From NCBI GenBank assembly GCA_964016885.1, contig OZ024742.1, forward strand, positions 280,860,001 to 280,924,000: DNA of 64,000 bases, given 5' to 3'. This stretch comes from Eledone cirrhosa (Eukaryota). A program made the position numbers and the translations under genes. This document shows positions 1-15,227 of the stretch, piece after piece. The notes under the pieces are model-generated. The model made no database searches. It worked only from the letters and a program-made list of their open reading frames with translations, and had not been told where the DNA came from. Each line of letters opens with the position of its first letter. Position 1 is the stretch's first letter.

Positions 1-711
1 TTTTATGTTATTACATATTATTGTATGCTTTTGTTTTCGTAATTTCAGTGTAATTATGCTACCGTCTTACACACACACTCACATATATGGCCACTCCACA
101 CGCCAGTTCAGTGTCTTCAGGCTTACATATTATGCCGGACCCTCTCACTCGCGCTTGCCAAGTGTACAGGAACTTATATTTTCTTTACAATCATCTCATC
201 TCACTAGTCTTATTTCTCCAACCACCTTCCTATAATCCACTCTGCCATATACTCTGTAACATTCTAAACTCATTAAAACATACATACACACATACACACT
301 AATCACAGTTAGATACTTGATACGTACACAATATACACTTCAACATACATAGACATATTAAAATTTAATCATACACTCAAACCTCCATATCCACACACCT
401 CAAGGACATACTCAAACACTGACAGATACTTTACACACACAAATAAACTTCAACGTACATATAGAGTACACACATTCAAACTTACATTTACTCACATATA
501 GAAATTCACAACCACATACCACATGGATATATGCATACCCACACAGAAATATTGTTACTTTACATAATAAACCTTTAAAAAACATACTATTAAACACACA
601 CATACACTCACACATAATATCGACACTATTGCACACACATTTCACTTTGCGTTCCAAAATTATAACCAAGACTACCTAACGCTTTCTATTGTCTATCTTC
701 AGACACCATAC

Positions 712-860
712 TCAGCAGCATAGAGTTATGGCCCTTTATGTTCTGAGTCCAAATCCCTCCGAATTTAACTTTGCCATTCATCTTTACGGGGTCGGTAAAA
801 TAAAGCGATCGGTAATGCACTGTGGTGATTGCTAGCCTTGTGCCAAAAGAAGAAACAATT
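712..860 (+). mobile_element. tRNA-derived SINE, partial (family also at 15.3, 15.7, 21.3, 23.7 kb)
   Basis: B-box-like GAGTCCAAATCC, shared core AACTTTGCC..TCATC..TACGGGGTCG.TAAAATAAAG, 3' end CCTTGTGCCAAAAG.AGAAACAATTAT; matches the other copies in the window. Confidence 0.7.
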
Positions 861-1750
861 ATCATTATTATTTTTTTTTTTTACTGTGGACTACCTTTTA
901 TTCTTCTATATCTATCCTTTGTGATTCTCTCTCTATTTTTCTATACAGAAGGCCCGACACGCCGAACTTCTTTTCCCTTTTCCATATAAAGCATGAAACT
1001 AATAAGGCTTTTGTATCTTTGTTTCGTCGTTTCCTTCAACTATATACATATATGTGTGTGATGCCCGGAATAAATCGGGGATAAATACGGTTAGTAAAGT
1101 ACTCAATACATTAGTAGAAGCCATTATTTATTAAACTTGATATGTAAGTGTGTTTGACGGAGAGTAGCTGATGGCCAGTGTGGCAGCAAATATTGACCAG
1201 AATTTATGATGACGTAGAAAAACAACAGCTAATAGTAAGACAAGCGTGGAAGATGTTTTTTAAGGTGGTTTTTGAAGCTAACACCCCAGTGATAAAATTT
1301 GCTCCGAAATTTGCATGTGTCCGAAGAATCCGCAAATCTAGAATCAGACAGATCCATACAATGATCGTGTCTCGAGCTATCTGCCGGCGAAACAATTGTA
1401 ACACACAATAAACTGTGTCTAGATGCATCACTGATTTTTCGTTTTATATTATATATATATATATATTTATATACAGAGAATGTGAGGAACTCATACACTA
1501 TACATAGTAGCTTAGAAAATCGGATAAAATATCCTTATGTACGATAAACTTGGCAACCTTGTCCATTCATAGAGGTATTTTACCGGATTTACTAAACTAT
1601 TATTTACAACAATCGACTGCATTAACAGTTGTTTCTGCGTTTGAATTTCTGATATATTCTATGAACTACTTAATTCCTCAACAATTCGAAAGTCTTTATG
1701 TTATAGGTATATTTACATATTCATTCATACACAGGCACACAAGTATATAA

Positions 1751-1815
<65 letters not shown>

Positions 1816-2104
1816 ATATAACTGTGTGTATTTGTATATATGTTGAAAGCTTTGCTGCATGCAAATGTGCACCGGCTGACAGTGCAGCTGATCATAATTC
1901 AGTTTGACGACTCTTTAATTTCGTTGGATGGCATTTAGGATATTAAGATTATAATCTTAAAGTCTTGCCAGAGCATGGAGTGTACACACACGCATATACA
2001 CATATGCGCACAGACACAAGCACACAAACAGAAACACAAACTTATTCACATGCACAAACAGACACACACACACCCACACACACACCCACACATCCACACA
2101 TACA

Positions 2105-2155
<51 letters not shown>

Positions 2156-2391
2156 ACATATATATGTGTGTATATATATACAACTATACACGTATACACA
2201 TACACACACAAATATATGTATGTATACACGTATACTCAAACATTCATATATATGTAATATACATGCATACACACTTTGGATTTCTTTTGAAAGCTTCTTG
2301 ATGTGAAATTGTGTTTTGAAACAAATATCGTTAAACTTTAAGAATGACATGATGGGTGTAATTGTATTGGCATCTGATCTGAGCCTCCCAA

Positions 2392-2809
<418 letters not shown>

Positions 2810-2811
<2 letters not shown>

Positions 2812-3014
2812 ACGAGGAAATGTGGTGAGGAACCAGATGGACCATAACGCACCAAAGTACGCAATACTTAGGGTAGTAGAGTAGGTAATAGGAACGAATA
2901 GGACCCCGACGGCTGAGCTCAAGCCGTTTCGACGGCAAATTCTGGACTAAAATATTTTAGTCCAGAATTAGCCGTCGAAACGGCTTGAGCTCAGCCGTCG
3001 GGGTCCTACTCGTT

Positions 3015-3018
<4 letters not shown>
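2810..3018 (-). mobile_element. Fold-back mini-PLE end (family of the 9.5-13.5 kb element) in (TA)n
   Basis: Matches the reverse complement of ~13355-13495; inverted about ~2953; right arm ends GTTCCTA|TATA. Confidence 0.85.
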
Positions 3019-3064
<46 letters not shown>

Positions 3065-3299
3065 CATATACATATATATACACACACACATATATGTATA
3101 TATATATATATATATTGTAGACTACACGTGATATAAATATCGAAGGCTTTAGAACACTCAGAGCGTAGCTCGAGTTATGTATAATCAGCTACAACGATGA
3201 CATACAGGTACTTAAATTTTGTCGCGTTTTGTACCCCACTTTATTCAGCCAGTCATAATATCAATGATGTCCATCCTGCGAGATTCTGGAAAATATAGG

Positions 3300-4470
3300 A
3301 GAGATCGAAATGCAGGCAATTCCTAAATAAATCTTTAATTAGACAAATTACATAAATTTCATAAATGGAAAGGTAACTAACTCTAACAAGATAAAAATAT
3401 TACTTAACTCATGTTTCATAAAGAGAAGATTCGTCACCTCGAAAAGATTAATCTGCTCTAGACCATTTTCAGAAAGAACTTTGCTTCGTGCGGACAACGA
3501 TTGAAACATTTGAGCTGCCTATTTCAGCAACGTTTCCTTGATTACAGGTCTGAGAGTATATTCCACTATTCAAAGCCTTACAGCTGACAGGATTTTTTCC
3601 GATAGAAATAGGGGTGAATCTTTCCTAGATCCTCTTTTTATTAGAGTACGCTGTGCCGTTTTCCTTCAGGTTCTACACGAGGTATGCGAGCTGTGTATTC
3701 TGTCCTTTAGATTGCCTGAAGGTCGTTCCGTGCTTCAGGAAACGACTCTTGAACCGATTTACAGACATTCTTACATAATCCTATGCTTCTGTTTGATTGT
3801 TCTGGTTGATGGAGGTCACTTCCGCTTCATGTATCACCGCTGAAATGTTTCACTCGTGATCAAGGGAGCATGCCTCTGGTCTTCTTCTGCATGAGCATAT
3901 GTAAGATGGAAAATATTTGTATTCGTTGGTGATGTGATATTTCATGCATTTACCACAAGTGTAGCCTATTTTCAATGTGTGGCTGTTAAATATTGACCGG
4001 TACTTATGGCTTACGAGGAAGTGGGAATGTAACAATGCTAGGAATGTTCTCTCTATATTAGTCTTAACGTTGAGCGCGAATGGTGGAGGGAACAACACGG
4101 TGGTTTTATGTCTAGAGTTGTTCTTGCTAGATATAGGGCAGTGATCTTATAGTTGATCCTCTCGCAGTAATTGCTGTTGCTTAGGGCTGAGCTGTAGTAG
4201 ACGGCTGCACTGCCGATATAGCTTTGCAAGAAAAGAGGTTGGATACACTCATACGTATATTATTAATAAGATTTTTAAAACTATAGGGGTTAGCTAGATT
4301 CCTTAAGTTTTTCACTGGGTTTGTGAATGGGTTTACATGTGCGTGTACGTAAGTCTAAGTTAATATATAGGAAATTAACTTTGGTGAGGTCGGAAGGGAT
4401 ATTAAATGTTAGTCCCAGGTGATTAAAGGTGTTTATCATATCTTTCTAAACATGTTGAGGTCATGGCCAA
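3300..4470 (-). pseudogene. Decayed PLE fragment (RT thumb/linker toward GIY-YIG)
   Basis: ORF 3850-4098 FPPPFALNVKTNIERTFLALLHSHF..HKYRSIFNSHTLKIGY parallels WFNPPHNAEVTTPIGKLFFRLIEKHFP..HRYHNIINKNTIKLSY of the intact PLE; boundaries approximate. Confidence 0.7.
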
Positions 4471-5305
4471 TATATGGCTCGCTGGTGCCATATCGTCACC
4501 GCGGTATAGAGCCCTATGGAAGATAAGAAATGTGTTTGTTTTTTTTCTCAAAAGCCTTTTTGCCGTTGCTTCCTCTTCTCATTCTCTATCTCGTCTTTTA
4601 TTTCTTATTCTATATTCTGATATTTACAAAAAATTAGTACTCAAAGTGCGTGTGAGAGAGCAGCAGCAAATAGAGGAAGAGAAGAAAAATTGACTCCAGT
4701 ATTGGAAAAGAAATTTGAAATCCAAATTTGTCCTTGACAAGATTTGAACAGAAAAGGAAGGAAAAGCATAAAGTTTTCTATCCATCACCCTATCCACGCA
4801 ACCATTTCGTCGCACACGAGCCTAGTTGACAGACAAATAGCCTGAAGCATAGCAGAACAGCATTTCATATTTCCACAAATTGAAACCTTGTGCGATATGA
4901 CATAATAAACGTTGTGGTTGTATAGTATTTCAGATGAAACTATTGATATGAACTGTCCCCAATTTTCTCCGACATTCTATCTGGCGTCGTAACGACTTTG
5001 CCAGCCTTTAACATATGTATCTAAGTACATATAATAGAATTATATCATGCTGCTTCATGAAGCAGTTGCCAGCTTTTGATATCATTTGATATCATTTATA
5101 CCGTATGCCTCTCTATATTATCTGTAAAATTACTTCCAATGTTTATTTTATAAAATTATAGAGCTAGTCTGTGTCTATTTCAATAAACCTTCATTTACGT
5201 CTGTGTAAGGAATATGTCAGCAATGAAACAAAATCCTTTACTGCTTTATTAACGGGCCCGAACGAAAAACAGACATGGAATTCTCATACACACATATATG
5301 CACAC

Positions 5306-5338
<33 letters not shown>

Positions 5339-5357
5339 CACGCATACACACACACTT

Positions 5358-5398
<41 letters not shown>

Positions 5399-5415
5399 CA
5401 CATATATAGATATAT

Positions 5416-5616
5416 GGGAAAAGGGTCAGGATCCTTATGGCTGAGCTCCGGCCGTTTCGACAGCTAAATCCTACCTGTTCGGATCTAACTGTAGAAACGG
5501 CCGGAGCTCACCGTCGGGGTCCTGGCTCTTTTCTTATTACCCACTCTACTACCCTAAATATCGAGTACCCTGATACTTTATGGCCCACCTAGTTCCTTAC
5601 CACACTTTCTTTGTTA
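5416..5616 (+). mobile_element. Diverged fold-back mini-PLE end (sister subfamily)
   Basis: GAAACGGCCGGAGCTCACCGTCGGGGTCC and tail CCTTACCACACTTTCTTTGTTATATA, homologous to 13375-13495; inverted left arm. Confidence 0.75.
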
Positions 5617-5623
5617 TATATAT

Positions 5624-7314
<1,691 letters not shown>

Positions 7315-7343
7315 GCATATATATATGTATATACACACCCATA

Positions 7344-7378
<35 letters not shown>

Positions 7379-7434
7379 ATATATATATATATATACTAAC
7401 ATAGACACACACACAGACAGATGCATAGATACAC

Positions 7435-7516
<82 letters not shown>

Positions 7517-7518
<2 letters not shown>

Positions 7519-7689
7519 CGAAGGAAATGTGGTAAGGAAGCAGGTGGACCATAACGCACCAAAGTACTCAATACTTGAAGTAGTAGAGTGGGTAATAGGA
7601 ACCAGTAAGACCCCGACAGCTGAGCTCAAGCCGTTTCGACGGCTAGCCGTCGAAACGGCTTGAGCTCAGCTGTCGGGGTCTTACTGGTT

Positions 7690-7693
<4 letters not shown>
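7517..7693 (-). mobile_element. Fold-back mini-PLE end in (TA)n
   Basis: Perfect inversion GCCGTTTCGACGGCTAGCCGTCGAAACGGC; right arm ends GTTCCTA|TATA. Confidence 0.9.
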
Positions 7694-7727
<34 letters not shown>

Positions 7728-8294
7728 TATTTATACGCCGACTCAGCTTGAGCACTGGTTCAGACGTAATCTTACATTATATATTCATGCGGTTACTACG
7801 TGTCTTTCCCAACAATGGATCGACAACAACTTCGCTTTATACTAACTTTTTCTCTCTCGTTTTATTTTTCAATACATTTCATATCCAACTGATAGCAAAA
7901 ACAACATTCCAAAGATGAGAAACGGCAAAAACATAAATTAGAAAGTCTAAATAATGCTCTTTTGTTTAACTCCTCTATATTAGTGATGGATATATTGTTG
8001 TGTCTCTGTTCACTTTGGTAACTAGTCACAGTATATAGTCATTTTATTACATCTTCATTTTTCTTTAGATTCATCACTGGCTATTTGTTCTCACTCTTCC
8101 TCTTTCTATCTCATCTTGCATGATTTTCTGAACAAACATGCACACACATATAGCTACCATGGTCACACATACAAATATACTCACACTCAAACACACATGT
8201 GCAAACATGCATACACATACATAGATACACAAACACGGAGAAATACTCATATATATATAAACAGAAAGAGGGAAATTGAGCAAATGAGAGAGAG

Positions 8295-8342
<48 letters not shown>

Positions 8343-9393
8343 TGTAGTACAGCACTCTCCAACCTATTTCACACCTCTATACCGGCGCCACCCAGCAAGG
8401 TTTTACTCTGGTCCCAACACTATATTTTGTATTTATGTTATATGTACTAGCAGAAAAACCACCCTTCAGGTGGTTTTCTGCTAGCATGTATAGTGTGCAT
8501 ATTGATATTAGCCACGCCATCACCCGATTTAGCACTGCGAGTGTGCTGGCTTGCCTCAAAAATCATTAGAGCGGTTTCCCAGTACTCCTCGCTGCTATCT
8601 TTTGCTCTGGGCGTGGCTCAGTTGTTCACCCCTTCCTTTACATGTTCTTTTATAATGCAACATTAAAGGAATACATCCTTCTGACAGAATCGCGAGCAAT
8701 TCATAATGTTATCTAAGCATTTGTAATGTTATTTATGTATATATTTAAAACATATTTACGTTATCCAACTGTAAATTTATTTATATGCTTTGTATATACC
8801 ATATTTTCAATCCTATTTGTAACGTTATTTAATAAAATAAAAATATATATACATGTAGATTTACATCAAATAAATCGTAATTGACAATATACACAGAAAT
8901 TGAACGAAGACTGCGTTACACTCTCGTATGTAATCAGTAACGTAATTCATGATACATTAAAAAAAGACGATATTATATATAAACTGCATTAGGAGATAAT
9001 TAGTGACGGAAATATATGAATGTTTATTTAAGTAATCGCTAACCAGAAATGTTGACATTTGAAAATTTTAAAGAAGTGAATCTTTAAATATAAAATAAAA
9101 TATATCAAGTTAACAGCTACGGAAATTAGTAGATAAATTCATTATTTATTCAAAGTAATCCAACTTATTTTACTAACTGGATTAAAAGAAATAAACCGTA
9201 CGCAGTCCCGAACTCCTTACATTATTATCGTTTAGATAATTGGTCGGGTTCCTTGGTGTCACACTTTATTACTGTTGTGTTTACTCTGGACTTAATATTT
9301 GTTTTTAACTTTCGAACCATTGAGTGCTTCGTGATTGCCTCAAAACATTGAATAGTACTTGCTATACAACAGCTACATTTCGATAACAACTAT

Positions 9394-9462
<69 letters not shown>

Positions 9463-9472
9463 AACCAGTAAG

Positions 9473-9567
9473 ACCCCGACAGCTGAGCTCAAGCCGTTTC
9501 GACGGCTAATTATGGACTAAATGAAAATTTATCCTGGTATTTAAATAGCCGATCTTCTCAAGGGGGT
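9473..9567 (-). ncRNA. Same U3-A8 hammerhead in the inverted pLTR
   Basis: Reverse-complement copy of 13309-13402. Confidence 0.8.
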
Positions 9568-10503
9568 AATTCCATATATGGTCAAAGTGATTGTCAAAAA
9601 TCAGTAGTAATTCTGTGGTTGCAAATTAGTAGGGGAGATGGTGGCTAAACCAGCCAGTAGGAGAAAGAGGGGAGGGGGTGGAGTAGCCCCAATCAAGCGT
9701 TTGTAGTGCCAGCTACAGCTGGGCATGAGATCAAAGAAGATACAAGGGAGGGGGAAGGGGAGGAAGTCGGAACGGTAGGTAGAACAATGGGGGGTAGAAA
9801 TATATAGGAAAGAGAGTGAAGAAAAGCAAATAAGTGTAAAGAAAAACAAATGAGTGTAAAGAAAAAAGTAAAGTAAATTAAATTCTACGACCTAGGTCTC
9901 TAGCTATTGTTAGTCTGGAATAAATAAATAAATAAAGAAAGAAAGAAGTAAAGAAAGAAATAAAGAAATAACGAAATAAGTAAAAGAACTAGGTGGGACG
10001 GTATAGGCGAGGACCCTTTTAAGAGGTATAAGTACGTAAATGATACGGTGATGGGTCAACAAAAGGGGCCAAAATACTAAAGAGACTACCACGAAATAGA
10101 CAATAAAGGTTTCCATCCCGGGTACAATTCCAGCCACCACCCAGTGCAGCAAAGTGAACTAATACGAGATAATAATTCTGAGTCCCGAGAAAAATATATA
10201 CTAATGCTAACTCTAAAAGATCTAAAACAAGCTACATGAAAGTTCGTACGAAGTAAAGGTAGAATACGGAAGAATAAATTCAGAATCCACCCCGCCCAAA
10301 AGAAAAGCGAAGAAAGAAATACTGAAACGAAAAAATAAGGCATAAGTGCCACTAAGAAATATAGAGGGCACAGAGAATAGTGGGAGCGGTCGGAAAAAGG
10401 GGACAAGTATCCGGGGTCTAAACCAACTGCTATAAAGGGCGGAGTCCGCCAAATCTATCCTAGACTAGGGGAGGGGGTAGGGGTACTACCAGCTTCGGGG
10501 TAG

Positions 10504-12180
10504 AGGTACTCCAGCCTCGGGGTCGCCGACCGCACGGAACCTCTAGACCCACGGACACCATACTTCACACTGAAGGACCATAAATCCGATTTTGACCGTA
10601 AACCCTCTATCAGGCCTATTAACCCAACGAAGTCCGACATAGGGAGAATCAGCAAAAAAATCCTAGACCGCGTGATACCAAAAGTCAAGCAACACACCCG
10701 ACTTAGCCTATGGATCAACACCCAGGAAGTAATCTCCTGGTTCAGCAATATGGAGGATAAACGAGAAACTAAATTCATACAGTTCGACATAGAGAGCTAC
10801 TATGCTTCAATCACCTTACCGCTACTTACTGCCGCCTTGGACTTCGCCGAAACACTTGTGCCCATCACCGACCAGGAAAGAAAAATCATCCTCCACGCCA
10901 GGAAGACAGTCTTACTCTTTGACGACTCTAAATGGATAAAAAGAGCTCCCGACTCACCCTTCGACGTCAGCATGGGCGCCACGGATTCGGCGGAGGTCAC
11001 AGATCTTATAGGATTATTCCTAATAGCCAAACTCACTGATATGTTTCCTGCATTCGGTGGTGGATTGTACCTTGATGATGGGCTCCTTACCCTTAACGGG
11101 TACAACCCCAGTAGTACAGATCGGGTCCGGAAACAATTAATCAGATTCTTCCGCGACTGGGGATTTAAAATAACCATACAAACGTCCCTGACCAGAGTAA
11201 ACTTCCTGGACGTGACCCTCGACCTCGAAAACGACCTGTACTACCCATACAGGAAACCTAATGACAATCTGCACTACATCCACCGCAGATCAAACCATCC
11301 TAGGAACATCACAAACAACCTGGTCAAAAACATCTCCCTCCGCATATCCCGTTTGTCAGCTAATGAGCGGATATTCGATGAACATGCGCCTTATTACAAC
11401 CAGGCCCTCAAGCGGAGTGGTTTCCGGGAGGAAATATCCTACTGTCCAGCTCCCATTAGCGGAACCAGCAGGAGACACCGCTGCTCACGCAATGTAACAT
11501 GGTTCAATCCTCCCCACAACGCAGAGGTGACAACTCCCATCGGGAAACTATTCTTTAGGCTCATTGAAAAACACTTCCCATTACAACACCGCTACCACAA
11601 CATAATTAACAAAAATACCATCAAACTCTCTTACAGCACTACACCAAACTTCGCACAAAACATCGTCTCCTCTAACAACAAAAAACTCAACCCCGATGGC
11701 AGAAATAACCTAAATAGCAGTGGAGAACCGACCAGGAGGTGTAACTGCCCGGATAGATCTATCTGCCCACTCGACAATAGATGCAGAGACCGTAATGTGA
11801 TCTACCAGTGCAACGTGAGGACGGATACCTCCAACAAAGCCTATATAGGACTTACCGCATGTGACTTCAAGACCCGGCTATACCAACATAGACATACCTT
11901 CCGAAACCCGGCCCGGCGTCACGCCACTACACTCTCGGGCCACATATGGGACCTCAAGGACAACAACATCACCTATGATCTCACTTGGAGATTACTGTCC
12001 AGAGCCAATTCTGACACGGGAGGACGCCGTCCGTGCAATTTATGCTCGGAGGAAACTTTACAAATGCTGTTTTCGACGGACCAACTCCTAAACAAGAAAG
12101 ATGAACTGGTTACTGCATGTAAACATAGATTGCGTAGGACTTACCTCGCCCTCAAACCCCATAATGACCCGGGGGGGTAG
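10504..12180 (+). CDS. PLE reverse transcriptase + C-terminal GIY-YIG endonuclease (N-terminus truncated; probably Naiad-like clade)
   Basis: Stop-free from 10504. Motifs FTLKDHK, RPINP, FIQFDIESYY, SMGATDSAE, LYLDDGL, NFLDVTLDL, SNHP, WFNPP, CNC..CPL..RC, VIYQC..AYIGLT, CNLC..E. No native start codon; clade assignment from recalled motifs only. Confidence 0.92.
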   Translation, partial: RYSSLGVADRTEPLDPRTPYFTLKDHKSDFDRKPSIRPINPTKSDIGRISKKILDRVIPKVKQHTRLSLWINTQEVISWFSNMEDKRETKFIQFDIESYYASITLPLLTAALDFAETLVPITDQERKIILHARKTVLLFDDSKWIKRAPDSPFDVSMGATDSAEVTDLIGLFLIAKLTDMFPAFGGGLYLDDGLLTLNGYNPSSTDRVRKQLIRFFRDWGFKITIQTSLTRVNFLDVTLDLENDLYYPYRKPNDNLHYIHRRSNHPRNITNNLVKNISLRISRLSANERIFDEHAPYYNQALKRSGFREEISYCPAPISGTSRRHRCSRNVTWFNPPHNAEVTTPIGKLFFRLIEKHFPLQHRYHNIINKNTIKLSYSTTPNFAQNIVSSNNKKLNPDGRNNLNSSGEPTRRCNCPDRSICPLDNRCRDRNVIYQCNVRTDTSNKAYIGLTACDFKTRLYQHRHTFRNPARRHATTLSGHIWDLKDNNITYDLTWRLLSRANSDTGGRRPCNLCSEETLQMLFSTDQLLNKKDELVTACKHRLRRTYLALKPHNDPGG

Positions 12181-13308
12181 ACTAGGGCTATAACACCCCA
12201 CTTTCTGACTTTGCAATGGGTAATCCCTGCTTGCCAAGGGAGACGTAAGATCTTCTTTGTATTCTTTTATCGCTTCCTTTATTTCCTTCCTTCCCCCCTC
12301 TCTCCTTAGTCCTTCTACCCCAGCTCTTCTCCTTTGTCGACGTCTTTTCTCGCCCACCCGAGGCTGCCCTTTGGCCCCTTGTAGCCTTAGTACCCCTACC
12401 CCCTCCCCTAGTCTAGGATAGATTTGGCGGACTCCGCCCTTTATAGCAGTTGGTTTAGACCCCGGATACTTGTCCCCTTTTTCCGACCGCTCCCACTATT
12501 CTCTGTGCCCTCTATATTTCTTAGTGGCACTTATGCCTTATTTTTTCGTTTCAGTATTTCTTTCTTCGCTTTTCTTTTGGGCGGGGTGGATTCTGAATTT
12601 ATTCTTCCGTATTCTACCTTTACTTCGTACGAACTTTCATGTAGCTTGTTTTAGATCTTTTAGAGTTAGCATTAGTATATATTTTTCTCGGGACTCAGAA
12701 TTATTATCTCGTATTAGTTCACTTTGCTGCACTGGGTGGCGGCTGGAATTGTACCCGGGATGGAAACCTTTATTGTCTATTTCGTGGTAGTCTCTTTAGT
12801 ATTTTGGCCCCTTTTGTTGACCCATCACCGTATCATTTACGTACTTATACCTCTTAAAAGGGTCCTCGCCTATACCGTCCCACCTAGTTCTTTTACTTAT
12901 TTCGTTATTTCTTTATTTCTTTCTTTACTTCTTTCTTTCTTTATTTATTTATTTATTCCAGACTAACAATAGCTAGAGACCTAGGTCGTAGAATTTAATT
13001 TACTTTACTTTTTTCTTTACACTCATTTGTTTTTCTTTACACTTATTTGCTTTTCTTCACTCTCTTTCCTATATATTTCTACCCCCCATTGTTCTACCTA
13101 CCGTTCCGACTTCCTCCCCTTCCCCCTCCCTTGTATCTTCTTTGACCTCATGCCCAGCTGTAGCTGGCACTACAAACGCTTGATTGGGGCTACTCCACCC
13201 CCTCCCCTCTTTCTCCTACTGGCTGGTTTAGCCACCATCTCCCCTACTAATTTGCAACCACAGAATTACTACTGATTTTTGACAATCACTTTGACCATAT
13301 ATGGAATT

Positions 13309-13402
13309 ACCCCTTGAGAAGATCGGCTATTTAAATACCAGGATAAATTTTCATTTAGTCCATAATTAGCCGTCGAAACGGCTTGAGCTCAGCTGTCGGG
13401 GT
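13309..13402 (+). ncRNA. Type I hammerhead ribozyme, U3-A8 core variant
   Basis: ACCCC-UUGAGAA-GA(U)CGGCUA...UAGCCGUC-GAA-ACGGCU-UGAGCUC-AGCUGU-C^GGGGU; three stems formed; predicted cleavage after 13397. Confidence 0.8.
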
Positions 13403-13494
13403 CTTACTGGTTCCTATTATCCACTCTACTACCTCAAGTATTGAGTACTTTGGTGCGTTATGGTCCACCTGGTTCCTTACCACATTTCCTTAGT

Positions 13495-13554
<60 letters not shown>

Positions 13555-13799
13555 CCTGCGTGTATGTATGTGTGTGTGTATGTATGTGTGTGTGTATGTA
13601 TGTGTATGTGTGTATGTGTCTGTGTGTGTGTGTTTCTATGTGTATGTATGTGTGTGTGTGTATGTATATGTGTGTGTGCATGTGTGTGCGTGTGTGTGTT
13701 TGTGTGTGGTTGTATGTCATAGATCTTCATATATCTGCCTCACAGTGTGTGTGGGGAGCCTTCGATTTCGACAATTAGTGTTACAGTTGTTCAAACAAG

Positions 13800-14060
13800 G
13801 GTGAAGCCTGTTTGTAACATGAATGTACTAATAGATGAGCATTACAGACATAAGTGAATTTATCCTATTTTTCGAGGTGATCCACAATGACACACTATAT
13901 GAGAAAGTTGGCCTTTAGATTACAGGTACAACACATTTTGCAAACTAAGTGTACTGGATCAACGTGAGCAATAAAGTGACTTGCTCAAGGATACAAGCAC
14001 ATGTCGTCAGTAACCAAATTCTCGAAAATACGATCGTAAATTGAATAATTCTAACCTTAA
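13800..14060 (-). mobile_element. Degenerate tRNA-derived SINE (second family)
   Basis: GTGACTTGCTCAAGGATAC core is the reverse complement of the TTGAGCAAGACAC motif at 55375. Confidence 0.5.
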
Positions 14061-15227
14061 GGTAGTAAAGGTAGTGAAACTTTGTTATAATATATATTAT
14101 ACAACCTACGATTAATCCTTCTGATGTATTATATCATATCATACCCATAAAATGTATGGCCTTCTGCCCAAACTAGAAAATTACTGTTTGAACATGTTTA
14201 CCGAAATTTCCAATTTTGCTCTACTACCTATCAAGGAATCAGGTTTGCTGATTACATTATTAGTAGACATTTGCCAAAAACAATATTATCGATCAAATAT
14301 CAACAGAGATATATAAATATTTATATTACTAATAAGACGAAAAACATAATAGCTTTTGTTTGATTAGAAACTTATAATATACTATATACTGATTATAACT
14401 ATTGAGGTTTCGATTCACACACATCGATCGATGTCTCAGAATGATATAAAGTTAGACTGATATACAAAAGGAACTTCAGTTGTCTGGCTTCATAGAACGC
14501 TCAATGAAATTATGGAACTATTTTGGGGACTAATTCTTTTCAAGACATCGTGTAAGATGTTCCGTGTGTAAGACATAGACTTAATTTGGTATTTGTGAGA
14601 ATGGAGGTGGAAAGTGGGTTATGTGGGAGAAGTGGTAGAAGTGAAACTTTCCTGTTGGTTATCATACTGCTGAAGACGTTTTAGTATTCATAATTATGCT
14701 ATCTATATTGACTGCTGTGAGAAAGAAAGAGATATATATTGTCCAAGGTTATTTAACACTGTGCGATTTCCCATAAGCGTTAGGGCATCGGATAGACATG
14801 CTTTGCCAAATTATTTCTTGCCTCAAGTGTCTTATGTTCAAATCCAATGGCGTTGAATTTTGATTTCATCAGTTACATTTCAATACATAATGTACCAGTC
14901 TAGAGAAATCGACTGGCGTAACCATTTGATAACATTGACTTCAATACACAGCATGATAGTTAGAACTTGAATACCTTTAATCACATGAATGGTGTCAGAC
15001 CTTAAGAAGAAAAAGAAGAGGATTTCATTAAAATAAATACCAGTCAAATACTGGATTAAACACGAGTGCCCAGCAAATGACTGTTTCCTTGTACCTATAA
15101 TAAATATTATTATTCTGGTTGTTGTTGTTGTTATTGGCAGAGATGTCTAGAGGGCCTCTTGAAATAATTGAAATATTAACACGGTTTATTTCAAATAACA
15201 TTATTATAGATTTTATAATAATTGGCA

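Larger units (their letters stand above)
9460..13495 (+). mobile_element. Young Penelope-like retroelement, 5'-truncated, with inverted pseudo-LTR
   Basis: 9460-10488 is the near-perfect reverse complement of 12388-13416; RT+GIY-YIG frame between; TA repeats on both sides. Confidence 0.95.

Noticed and set aside
935-1040. Relic resembling the HHR-bearing 3' ends at 18.2 and 56.4 kb
   Set aside because: Core motifs are not recoverable
2810-3018. CRISPR repeat or classical MITE interpretation of the dispersed palindromes
   Set aside because: No repeat-spacer array or cas genes; the arms are asymmetric and match the PLE 3' end
3220-3250. Possible minus-strand HHR (CTGAATA..AAAACGCGAC)
   Set aside because: At least three core mismatches; at best a dead relic
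9601-13275. Duplicated 76-106 aa hydrophobic ORFs (9601-10452 and 12424-13275)
   Set aside because: Chance ORFs in the pyrimidine-rich pLTR, duplicated only because of the inverted repeat
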